Shown: piece after piece, positions 49,101-60,780 of the stretch | How positions within the stretch are numbered: position 1 is the stretch's first letter | Layout: each line of letters opens with the position of its first letter | Source: Octopus sinensis | Lineage: Eukaryota | DNA: 64,000 bases | Direction: 5' to 3' | NCBI RefSeq assembly: GCF_006345805.1 | Contig: NC_042999.1 | Coordinates: 98,332,001 to 98,396,000, forward strand | The notes under the pieces: model-generated | The model's input: only the letters and a program-made list of their open reading frames with translations | Told to the model about the DNA's origin: nothing | Database searches by the model: none | Translations under genes and position numbers: made by a program

Positions 49101-49310
49101 AAGGCGACAAGCTGGCATAATCGTTAGCATGCCGGGCAAAATGCTTGGCAGTATTTCGACTTTTTACGTTCTGCGTTCAAATTCCGCCGAGATCGGTTTT
49201 GCCTTTCATCCTTTCTGGGTCGATAAATCAAGCATCAGAGCAACACTGGGGTCGGTGTAATCGACCAGTCCCCTCCCCACAAAATTTCAGGCCTTGAGTA
49301 TTTAGTAGAG
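49101..49310 (+). mobile_element. tRNA-derived SINE family B (~210 bp), representative copy
   Basis: GCTGGCATAATCGTTAGC A-box-like, GTTCAAATTCC B-box, tail ...GGCCTTG..TAGTAGA; often flanked by (ATT)n/(AAT)n. Further copies near 10080, 14570, 14770, 19890, 21140, 25030, 35030, 35270, 50095, 50610, 52100, 54555, 54760, 59450, 63265, 63437. Confidence 0.85.
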
Positions 49311-49570
49311 TGGATATAGATACTAATATTGGGGCGTAAAAAGCCACAGAGGTGGGGAATGGTTATTAGTACCGTTGGAATTGAACCAAGACTTCTTATT
49401 TTCGCGATGAGTATGCTACGTAATTACACCAACAAACCCATCTAGTTATCTCCCGCTTAAATTTAAGTTCTGATTTCATTATATTTACAAAATGTTCACT
49501 CGTCATCGTTTCTTAACTTACGTAAGGCATGCATACATACAGACAGCAGACATAGAGACAAATTGATTGA

Positions 49571-49643
49571 TAGGAAGATGGTAGTTTCGATCTATGGACC
49601 TCTGGGTTATGGGCCTAGCACGCTTCTATTGCGTTACTCTACT
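49571..49643 (-). pseudogene. Initiator tRNA-Met(CAT) pseudogene
   Basis: AGTAGAGTAACGCAATAGAAGCGTGCTAGGCCCATAACCCAGAGGTCCATAGATCGAAACTACCATCTTCCTA; initiator-type T-loop ATCGAAA; mismatches in D, anticodon, T and acceptor stems. Confidence 0.8.
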
Positions 49644-50324
49644 CAACGAGTGTTTAAGTTTATATACAATGTATCATTTCTTATATTGTCTGTTCTGGGT
49701 TAAATTACTTCTCTTACATCATCCATCATATGTTATTTAGTTATTTATTTCTATGCGTTGGACTGTTTCAAACGAACGAAATATAGTAACTACACAATCC
49801 GTATTGCAGCACTGGGATATTAATTTACTTGCTGAAAGGGGACATATCGCTCTGACAATACTTCGAGAGTCACATTTGACGGACCACATACATAGATCAA
49901 TTGCGTTGCAAATTTCACTGGATGTCACTCCATATTCCATTTTCAGATCAGCCAGAAGCAAATCAATTCTTTATGTTTCCCAAGCGCAGCATAGCAATCG
50001 AGCTTGCTAGTTCCTCCTATTGTAAATTATAATAATGTTGTCTTACAATTGTCAACAATACTATCGTTACTCTACCATTGTTATTCATGATATTGGGTTC
50101 AAATTTTAGCACAAGATCAGTAATTTTGGGCAGGGGATAAGTTGAATACATCGACCCCAGTGTTCAATTGGTACTTATTTAATTGACCCTGAAGTCGACT
50201 TCGGTGGAATTTGAGTTCAGAACGTGAAGACGGCCGAAATGCCGCTAAGCGTTTTTGACGATATGCCAACGATACTGCCGCCTCGCCACCATACTTTGTT
50301 ACTCATAATATTGTTACTTTAAAC

Positions 50325-50471
50325 TAGGCATGGGCACCTTTTTCGAGAAGCGGGTTGCACGAGTCATGGCTCATCATCCGGCGGACTGCACTGCCGAAAA
50401 TAAATTTCATTAGGCAGGCCATTACAAAAATAAAAAAAAAAGTTTCGCGGTCCGCAGGTTGCCCATGACTA
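50325..50471. mobile_element. hAT-type MITE, 147 bp
   Basis: TIR TAGGCATGGGCACCTT / AGGTTGCCCATGACTA; 8-bp TSD not convincingly preserved. Confidence 0.6.
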
Positions 50472-50946
50472 CCTCAACACCCATCAGAACTGACGGGAGA
50501 CGTGATCAGAGATTTCTGGTAAAGTATACTGAGACACATCTCAGTTGCAGTTACTTGAAGAAGAATTGTTAATACTATATTTACCCTACAATCGTTTCCT
50601 TACTATTATTGGTTTCAAATTTTGGCACAAGGCTAGCAATTTCGGGAGAAGGGCTAAGCCGATTACACCGATCCCTTCCCCCAGTGTTCAACTGGTTCTT
50701 ATTTTATCGACCCCGAAAGGATGAAAGGTAAAGTCGGCCTCAGCGGAATTTGAACTCAGAATGTAAAGACGGGAGTAAATGCCACTAAGCATTTCGTCTG
50801 GCTTGCTAACGATTCTGCTAGCTCGTTGCTTTAGTTTCCCTACTATCATTAATAACATTGTTATCCTATTATTATTAGCAATTCTATTGCTACCCAATAA
50901 TTATTAGCAATGCTATCGTTAACCTCCTGTTGCTACCCGACTACTA

Positions 50947-51690
50947 TCATATTTTCCAGTGGTGTTCTCTGTCTATTATTTTAACTTTATCCCACAGGTC
51001 TCCATTTTTCCATACATGATCAGCTATACCCGATTTATCAATATCTCCTCTTGTCACAGTTTTGCGATGTTCGTCAACCCTTATTTTGAGGGGGCGGCAT
51101 GTTTCGCCTTTGTATAACCCACCACAGCTACATGGGATGGAGTACATGCAGTCTTTGGCCATATTCTCCTCTATTGGTGGTTTTACTCGAAGGAGATATT
51201 TACGAAGTGTTGTATTACTTTTGAATACTGTCATGATTTCATATGGGCCGCATATCTTTTGTATCTTTTCGGAGAGGCCTTTCCTATAAGGTAGACAGAC
51301 TGCGAACAGTTTATTGGCCTCATCCTCTCTCTTCTTCATAAATGGAGTGGCTAGTATACTTTTGGGGTAGTTGTTGCCTGACAGATCATTATTGAGCTTG
51401 ATCATTTCTTCGTGGTGTGTATCACGATCGCTACTTATATTATTTGCACGATGTTTTACTCTCTTTACACTGTATGGATGGTGGGAATGAAAGATCTGGT
51501 ATCGTCCAGTAAAGATCGGCTTGCGGTATACGGATATCCTGAATCCATACTTGGTGCCTTGTTATTAATAACTTAGGAATGAGAACCCAGGTTCGAAATT
51601 TCCCCAAGACACCTGATGAAGGCTGGAGGGTATATCAGCCTAAACAAACAAGAGAGGACAAATATCCGTCGAATGTAAATAATGTAAATA
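50947..51690 (-). mobile_element. Penelope-like element fragment (RT thumb + GIY-YIG) with inverted 3'-end copy at its 5' side
   Basis: Minus strand PYRKPIFTGRY...HHP, LPYRKGLSE, VFKSNTTLR, YSIPCSCG..YKGETCRPLKIRVDEH, SGIADHVW; 51535-51690 in opposite orientation carries half a hammerhead. Confidence 0.85.
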
Positions 51691-54410
51691 ATTACCAAGA
51701 TGTGTTTCAAACGAGCCGCAACGCTCAGTTTTCTGCAGCAACATAGAATTTAGCAAAAAAGATTTCTTACATAGGCACAGGGTCTCATATTTATAGAGGA
51801 ATGGGTATAATAAATTCATTCGATTGCTGTTTCTTCGTTTACGATCGCAACTGGATTTGAATTTAGTGTAACGAAATTCCCCAAGACATTTTGTGCTTCG
51901 CTTCAAGTGATCACCCACCCGTCTTTATTTATCATGTAGGTAAATACAGTATCTGCATCCCTCTTCTAGGCTTTGCAGATGAGTGCGATCAAGTGAGGGA
52001 AATATCCTCTAATCGGAGACCTTGCCTGAATGCTTACAAGAGAGTGAACGCCGCTGAAGTTCCTAAGGTGCTAAATAATGGTATTAAACCGAGTAATGTA
52101 TTGGTTTCAAAATTTTGCACAAGGCCAGTAATTTTTGGGGAGGGAGTAAGTCGATTACATCGACCCCAGTGCTCAACTGGTACTTCAATAAAACTAAAGA
52201 GTTAATGAACACTGTATTTTATACTATTAACTGTTATAGCGACTAATATCTGAGAGAAATTATGTATTTATGTACGAACGTGTGTGAACGAATTTTTGTA
52301 GCATTTCATTTTCGGGTATTGTTTTCCATATAAGCTATAACTCACCTGCCATATGACATGCTGAATAGAGCAGCCGGATTTCATGCTTAGTGCCCAAATA
52401 TCTTGTGTAAAAAATTGAAATCAAAACTAAACAAATTAATTATTCAATGAATAAAACGATACTTTTCACCCGGTTAGTTAGGCCTTGTAAGTTCCAGTTT
52501 CTGACACCTCAGAGCCAACAATCAAGAAAGCAGATTTGATAAGGCAGAGGCTCCTTAATATTGGTGGTTAGACATTAAGGGTAGGTATATATTATTTTAA
52601 AATATTTTTATGGCAGCCGAACAACAGCATATGATATATTTTCACTGCCCCAGTGACTAACGTTACAAATGTTTTAGTCCAACGGAGTAGATATTTTCAT
52701 TGGAATATTCATCAGTACCGACTGTAAAATACTGTATTTTACCGATTGTAGAATAGGAACAGAACACAAAACAAGCAAAAAGACAAGAAGAAAAAATATT
52801 GAATCACCATGAACACATACAGCAACAACAACAAGGAACATTTAAAAGAACACGTAATTGGAAAAGAAATTATTTTGAACAGATTAAAAATGATAGAATA
52901 ACTACAATAGCATAAACACAGACAAATATGTTGGTCCAGGAAGATCATGAACATAGTCGCTATTTGAACCAGTTTTTCCTCTGACGTTACACAGGAAGAG
53001 ATATTAGGCTAGACAAAGTTTTCGGAAGAAGATTCGGTTGAGAGAATTGTGTATACATAATACCTTTCGACTTCAACATGTAATCCAAAAGAGGGTAAAA
53101 AGAGAACAAATCTATGTTTTAAGAAACAACGTTTTACACCTCACTTGGAAACAAAAGTTTCTGAAAGAGGCATCATACGAAATATTGGTAAATTGAATAC
53201 TTAAAGCTTACATGACTATCTGCTGTGCTTTCAGGACAGAGAACACAACCAGAAATTTGGATTGAAACAATCTGATATACAGTCGAACCTTAATATATGA
53301 TGTTTTGCTTTGATAAGTTTCTGTATTAGTTACGATTATAAATGCTTATTTTCTAAAGCCAATGGAATACTCTTGAAACATTTGTCGTTAGTAACAGAGA
53401 TAAATAGGTAGGATGTTAGCATCAACTTTGGTTCCTCGATTATGATTCCATTTACGCTTATTATACAATGCAGACATTCATCTTGACACGTATTCCCGAT
53501 TTTTCATTAAAGATGATTGACAAATTGTTTCCTAGTATGGTATAATACAGTACAGAGAGGTCACAACACTACAACGACCCTGTAGATCAGTTGTTCCTAA
53601 GCTGGAAGTTGCGCCCTCTGAGAGTCGTTGTGAACTTACAAGGAGGCGGTAAATATCAAGGAAACATTATGAGTGGCATGAGGTGTTTAGCGGGGTCGGT
53701 GTTGTTCCCCCGGTGAGGTGATAACCACCTTTCATGATCCTACTAATCAAGCAAGTCCTGAAAAGAAATAAATGCTTTCCTTTCTCTTCTGATTAAACCA
53801 TTAAAAATATATCGATATTTTACACCCATTTTAAGGAGTTTGATTACATTTCATGTGTGCTAATTATGCAGGCAAGTAGCGAATCCTGTAGAACAAACGG
53901 TTAGCTCTTGATGGAATCAGCCAGTTAGTTTTGTTTGCCAAGTGAAACTGCTACTGCTCCAGAGAAGTGCATTTCTACCTAGCAATATGACATGGCTTTT
54001 GTATTTATGATTGAGATAAAAATAACGTATAGTAACACAATTTCCATGATTCTAAATGATTCTCTTCCTTTTTAGTCATTATCGTTGTCTAGTTCCATTT
54101 GTGGTTCATTGGAATAATCCATTATCAGTTTTCCTCTTCAACGTAAACTTCTTTTTCTGCTCGACTATTACTGGATTTCTCCCAGATGATTCTACCATTT
54201 TATAGATACCAATATGTTTTATAGGTCAGAATTATCAGCGAAGAAGACTACTACAGTAGTTTACACTAGTATTGATTTAAAGTAGTGAATCGAGTTTAAT
54301 TGTTTTGAAAGATTAAGATATTTTAAAATTAGTTAGGGATAAGATATAAGAAGTTGCGATGCCATTAAGCTTCCCATTGAAAGGCCTCGATATCATGAAG
54401 AAAATGAAAA

Positions 54411-54478
54411 GGGTTTAGCTGGAAATCGAAACCGAGTCACGCACCCAAATGGTCTGAAGAATATCATTCCATAAACAC
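54411..54478 (-). pseudogene. Degenerate tRNA-Pro(TGG)-like sequence
   Basis: Minus strand ...TTTGGGTGCGTGACTCGGTTTCGATTTCCAGCTAAACCC resembles the 3' half of eukaryotic tRNA-Pro; 5' half poor. Confidence 0.4.
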
Positions 54479-55295
54479 TGATTTCTTGCATAAACACAAG
54501 GTCGGATATATTGATGAGAAGGAATAAGCTATCATTAAACCCAATATATTTCGCGCGTCGCTACGTTCTGAGTTCAAATTCCGCCGAGGTCGACTTTGCC
54601 TTTCATCCTTTCGGGGTCGATAAATTAAGTACCAGTTACTTCTAGGGTTGATCTAATCGACTGGTCCCTTTCCCAAAAGTTTTGGGCCTTGTGCCTAGAG
54701 TAGAAAAGTATATTGATGAGAAAGAATAACCTATCATTAAACCCAATATATTTCGCACGTCGCTACGGTCCGAGTTCAAACTCCGCCGAGGTTGACTTTG
54801 CCTGTCATTCTTTCGAGGTCGATAAATTATGTACCAGTGAAATTCTAAGGGTCGATGTAATCGACTTCTCCCCTCCTCCAAAACTTCAGGCCTTGTACCT
54901 ATAATAGAAATGATATTAAACCCAATATTAGACTAGTATTTATTTTAGCCACAATAGGTTGATGAAAGCAAAGTAGACTTTAATAATGTAAAATATTTTG
55001 ACCGGCGCTTTAACAATCCTAAACTATAATGATAGGCGAAATGAGATGTTGTAATATTCATGTGTGTTCTAGAATTTCAGATTTGATCTGCGAGGGAAAA
55101 CAATAATTAGACGACAATATCAACTAATATCTAACACATCACAGATTATATGGAGAGAGATTCCATCTAATAAATTATTTCCAGTCATGTGTTAAGATAT
55201 AAAATGAATCAACATGCAGTATAATTTGTTATATAATTTTACTTGTATTCCAAATGGTACATTTATATCACCTGATGATATATTCTGGGTATTAC

Positions 55296-55370
<75 letters not shown>

Positions 55371-57854
55371 AATGGATATAGTTTGACCTCAGAGAAATTA
55401 TATGATTCTGACAGTACCATTTTGAAAGAGATTCAACCTTGTCGAAATTGTACTCTTTTCTTTGTCGGTTCCACATATTTATAATTCCTTGCACATACAT
55501 CATCATTCCTTTAACACAGTTGAATCAGAAACACCGATTGCAGTAGTAATCTGAGTAGTAATAGCAGTAGTCTTCTTGATTCCATTATATACGAAGTCCC
55601 TTGAGCGAGACATTTTTGCCGCAGTTATACTGTAGTAACAAGGTCATGTTTACATTTTATATTCCTCTCGAGAATTACTCCTGATTCATAACCTCAATGA
55701 TTTTGCTTTTCATACTGCAATAAATAGTCTGTAATCCACACCGAACTAGGATTAGTTTTCAGGTTGTTTTAAAAAAATTATTTCATTGGGAAACGGATTT
55801 TTATTTATGTACTTAATTTCTGTTCTAAAACTATGTTCAGTTCTGCCTGAAAATTATGCATAGTTTCTGTTTTGACATCCATTAGTTTATCGTCACGTGT
55901 ACACAGTCGAATGTTTTGACACATGATCTATCGTCAAGTTATAGACGGAGGCTTGTAGATTTATATTTCTCTTTACATTTTCACGTGTCCCAGATTTTCC
56001 TGTTGTTTGTTTGGGTGAAAAAGTAATTCATTTTGCAATAATATGCCATGTTATATCATCGAATTTCGAAAAGACTTGTCTTCAAGAATTAGATAAATAA
56101 TCAAAAACATCTTAAGAATATTTTAAATCGCAAATGCCTCACCTTCGTAGAAAAGAGTGTGAAGATTAATTGCCATTTATACTTTCTACAGCACCTGAAA
56201 ATCTTTAAGTGAAGCGACATATAACGACCGGAAATAGAAATCGATTTGTGAGGTAGGATATCAGAAACTTAAGATATTAACATCATGGTAAAAGCATTTA
56301 ACTGGGATGGGAATTATCCCAGAAGAAATAGTCAACTTTCCTGGAACTTATACCTTTTCGATGTAATCGTAAAGTTGCACGGTGTGTGCTTGTGTTCTGC
56401 CCTCGTTACTATAAAAATGAGTTTAAAACAATATAATTCATTTTAATTTAACAATGCCTTAGAAGAACCCTCTATGCATATTCAGCGTATTTTCTGAAGC
56501 AATTCAATTTTTACCACACCAGTCGATGCAGTGTTAAACAATTATTAAATGATTCTTCCAACACTGCTTTGGCAATACGACGAATTCCGTGTCGTTGATG
56601 AGATTATAATAAGGCTGAAGCATATGTTGAACTACCTCTTGTACTTGTCAAAATAATCCAAAAAATATTTTTCACTGATCAATGTTGGTTTTCCTTCAAC
56701 GTAAAATAATTTCTAGTTAGTCTTTTAATACTCTCTATATAAAACGTTAATATTCATTTAAGCATAGAATAAAATAATTAATCTTTCATCGATTATCTTC
56801 TTATCTAGGTATTTATGTGCACCACTACCACTGTCTCACCTATCCTCTCCAACATATCCTATCATCAAAAGATAAAATCCTTTGTTTTAATTCCATTTGT
56901 TTGCTTCATTGATTATTTCAGTGTCTGCTCTGGTATCTTAGAAATTACAGAGGTTAGGAAATCCGATTCTTTTGAATCAATGATTACTAAACAAAATAAT
57001 AATAAAAAAAAATATTATTTCAAATGTGTCTTTTCAGCAAGATATTTTTAATATTAACTACAATAATGGTTAATGTCTTATGATTAGTGAACTACGGGTT
57101 ATATATGAGAAACGAAATACCTCCAACACAAATAAATGTGATAATAAAGGAAAGAAAACAATCTATTTGTATTCTATATATTTTATCATCATTATTATAA
57201 TAATAAAATAGCATTATGAAAAAAAATAACGGGACCCGTAAAAATTGTCCATTTTATGAACGTTACTTCTGTTTTTAAGCGAATATTTATAGATCATCAT
57301 GGCATTGTTTCATTATATTAAATATTTCGGTTATTTCTTTGATTTCGTTCTATAGCTAAGGTTATTCAAAATGTAACACTCAGATTTGTTTCATTTCGTT
57401 CCAGAGTTAAAATTGTTAAAAGTGTAACGCTCGAATACGTACCATAACAAGCAGAATGAAGCTATAGATATTTAAGACAGTGACTGACGGGTATATTTCA
57501 GGCAGTGAGTAACGCATCTGAATATAGTGTTTAGTCAAAGAACTTTCCGTTTGAATACAAATTTCACCGGAGGCAACTTTACAGTTTCTCCTCCTGCGGT
57601 CAGTCAACTGGTGCTTTATCTTCTTGTCAAATACCTCTCACAAAACTTCAGACTTTCTGCTTATGCCAAAAACAATTATTAAGGCGAAGAATCGTTAGAA
57701 GCTCAGACAAAATGCTTTGAGGCTCTGTGCCTATAGTAGAAAGAATAATAATGATGATGACAGTAATAATAATAATGATAATAATAATAAGAGTAATAAT
57801 AAGAGGACTGAACGCTGCGACTTGTGTGCAAACACGAAAACAGCAAAAAATCAC

Positions 57855-58920
57855 ATTCTATCGTCAAGGAAGCTTGCAAATTCGCAAAGGAACTTGGCAT
57901 TAATCCTGAAATATCTGAAGAACCTGAAACCACTGCCACAAAACAAGCAAATGGATCGAGCAGGCAGTAAAAAAGAACGGACAGAAACAAATTGAGGAGT
58001 GGTGGCGCCAGAAACCTCTGCATGGACGGTAAATACTTCGGAGTCGAAATGCTGATGTAGATCAAGCAACAATCCATCAGTGGCTGAGAAGTTCAGGACT
58101 GAGAGCAGAGACTGAAGGTTTCATATTGGCGGCACAAGATCAAAGCTTGCCCACAAAAAACTACCAGGCTAACGTTCTTCAAAACAGATCTGACCCTAAA
58201 TGCAGATTCTGTGACACATTTGACGGAGCAATAGACCATCTCGTCTCGGGATGTCCTGTGCTGATAGCAAACGAATACAAAAATCTCCACGATAGGGTAG
58301 GACAGTATTTATACTGGAAAATATGTAAACACTAAAAAATCAGCACTCCTGCTTACTGGTATGAACATCATCCTGAGCTAGAAGCTGAAGGTAAAAATAT
58401 CACTATCCTCTGGGATTTTCTAGTCAACACTGACAGAGCGATCCAAACTAATCGACCAGACATAATTATTAAAGACAGCGAAAAATACTTGTAGACTAAT
58501 AGATGTTAGTGTTCCAACTGATAAAAATATATCTGTAAAGGAATTTGATAAACTAAGTAAATATAAGGACCTAGAAATTGAAATACAAAAGATGTTGCAT
58601 CTTAAAACGAGAACTGTTCCCGTTATTGTAGGTGCCCTTGGTATGATAAAAAAGGAATGTCAAAAACATCTAGATAAGATCCCAGGAGAACCATGTCTCA
58701 CAGAAATCCAAAAGATTGTACTGACAAGTACTTCCCACATGCTTAGAAAAACCCTATCATTTTAAATGCCTGTGTTGTATTACATGAAGCTATTCCGCTA
58801 CTTCCGCTCCCCAAGCTTTCAGTCATACAATAACATCTCTTAGCCTTCACTCGCCTCACGACACTGGGTGTGTCTCGGCAAGTGGCTGTAACAAACATAC
58901 AGATTAAAAGTAAAAAAAAA
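57855..58920 (+). mobile_element. R2/R4(Dong)-type non-LTR retrotransposon 3' fragment with CCHC knuckle and restriction-like endonuclease
   Basis: W..KPLHG, WL.SSGL.AETEGFI.AAQDQ, CRFC...IDHLVSGC, HDRV, LWDF, NRPDIII, IDVSVP, K..KYKDL, VIVGALG; stops and frameshifts; A-rich tail near 58910. Confidence 0.9.
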
Positions 58921-58924
58921 AAAT

Positions 58925-59126
58925 CCTTTCTACTATAGGCACAAGGCCTGAAATTTTAAGGGAGGGGGAATCGATTACATCGACTCCAGTAAGCAACTGT
59001 TACTTATTTTACCGAACCTGAAAGGCAAAGTCGACCTCGGCGGAATTTGAACTCGGAACGTAAAGACGGACGAAATACTGTTAAACATTTTGCCCGGCTT
59101 GCTAACGATTCTGCCAGCTCGCCACC

Positions 59127-59128
<2 letters not shown>
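58925..59128 (-). mobile_element. SINE B copy followed by long (AAT)n
   Basis: Reverse-complement match, CpGs retained. Confidence 0.85.
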
Positions 59129-59211
<83 letters not shown>

Positions 59212-59389
59212 CAACCTTTCTATCGAAGGTACAAGGCCTGAAATCTTGGGGGAGGGGATAAGTCACTTGCATCGACCCCAGTGCTCAACTGGTACTTATT
59301 TCATCGATCCCGAAAGGATGAAAGGCAAAATCGATCTAGGCAGAATATGAACTCAGAACGTAAATGGACTTAAAGACAATAATAACAAC

Positions 59390-59449
<60 letters not shown>

Positions 59450-60454
59450 GGCGGCAAGGTGGTAGAACGTTAGCACGCCACAAAAAATACTTAGCGCTAT
59501 TTCTGCCATCTTTAAGTTCTGAGCTCAAATTCCGCCGAGGTCAAACTTGCCTTTCCTTCTTTCGGGGTCGATAAAATAAATACCAAATGACTGATATCAA
59601 AATGAATGATAAATAGAAGATAACCAAACATGCTAGCACTGACATTTTCATTTCGATATATATATATATATACATACATACATGATAAAATGAACGTCTG
59701 TGTGTCTGTCTGTTTGTCTGTCTGGCCATCTATGGAAAGAAGGGCTACAGCATCTATATAAAAACTAAAAGCTAATTCTTGTGTAAAGTTTTACGCCGAA
59801 GACAATGGAAGTGGTCCTTATTCTCTACATGCCCGCTGAACGGAGCTACTCACCATTTTCCAACATGTTGGACACACGGCAGTTCCGAAATAAATGACCT
59901 GCTTTAGGGAGATAATTAAATGTGCATTATATTTCTTTTACTTACTATAAGTATTACTGGGAAGAAGAAAATTCATAGACTCCTATTATATCGGAATTTG
60001 TTGTGAAAAACATTTTCTGCATGTCGAAAGAACAGTTTCAGAAACTTCAAACGATTCTGCTTTGATGGAAGCCACAAGGTTTCCATAAGACATTCCCATA
60101 TAGTTGCAATCTATACCATTAGAAGCATATTTGTAGACAGTTTTATTTAAAAATACCCATTTACCCTAAACTTACGAAAAGCAAATTCGGTGGGGTACTC
60201 GTCTGTAGGTATGCCGTATGTGTAAAAAGCATAGGGTCAAATACACAGTACGCGAACTGCTAGAAATACGAGCCAACACACCACCGACTCGCCCACCCTC
60301 ATTCCGTTTTCGGAAAATAAATGCACAGCTATCTGAGGAATGATCAAATTAATTGACTAACCTACAAACAAACTTTGCTTTTTATACGGACAGGTGTAAT
60401 AACATGTGTGTGTGTGTGCGTGTGCGTGCGCGCGCGTGTGTAACTGTAATAAGC

Positions 60455-60780
60455 TTTTTTACCTCCACCTTAGCGAAAGCGGAGGTATTGTTTTCAGTCG
60501 TGTTTGTTTGTTTTTCCGTGGACAAGATATCTCAAGAACTGCTGGATGAATGAAACTTTCAGGGATGTTTGGCCTCATGACTAGCACGAACTGATTAGAT
60601 GTTGGGATCGATCTGGTTTCGGACAAGGATTCTGGATTAGTTTTCCTGTTATTTTACTGACTTTTTGAGAGCGGTCGGGTTTATTTTTAATATTCTCGTT
60701 TGTAAGAGCAGTCGAGTTTATTTTAGATATTCTCATTTTAAAAATCATCTCCGGCTAATCGTTGAGAGGACGTTGGTGTC
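60455..60780 (+). mobile_element. Helentron-associated (HINE/DINE-1-like) non-autonomous element, 3' end missing
   Basis: T-run then ACCTCC...GGAGGT hairpin (60461-60486) followed by (GTTT)n. Confidence 0.55.

Noticed and set aside
52686-52719. Hammerhead-like GGTA-CTGATGA...GAAA-ATA-TC-TACT on minus strand
   Set aside because: Stem II cannot form next to the core and stem III is a single pair; compatible with chance
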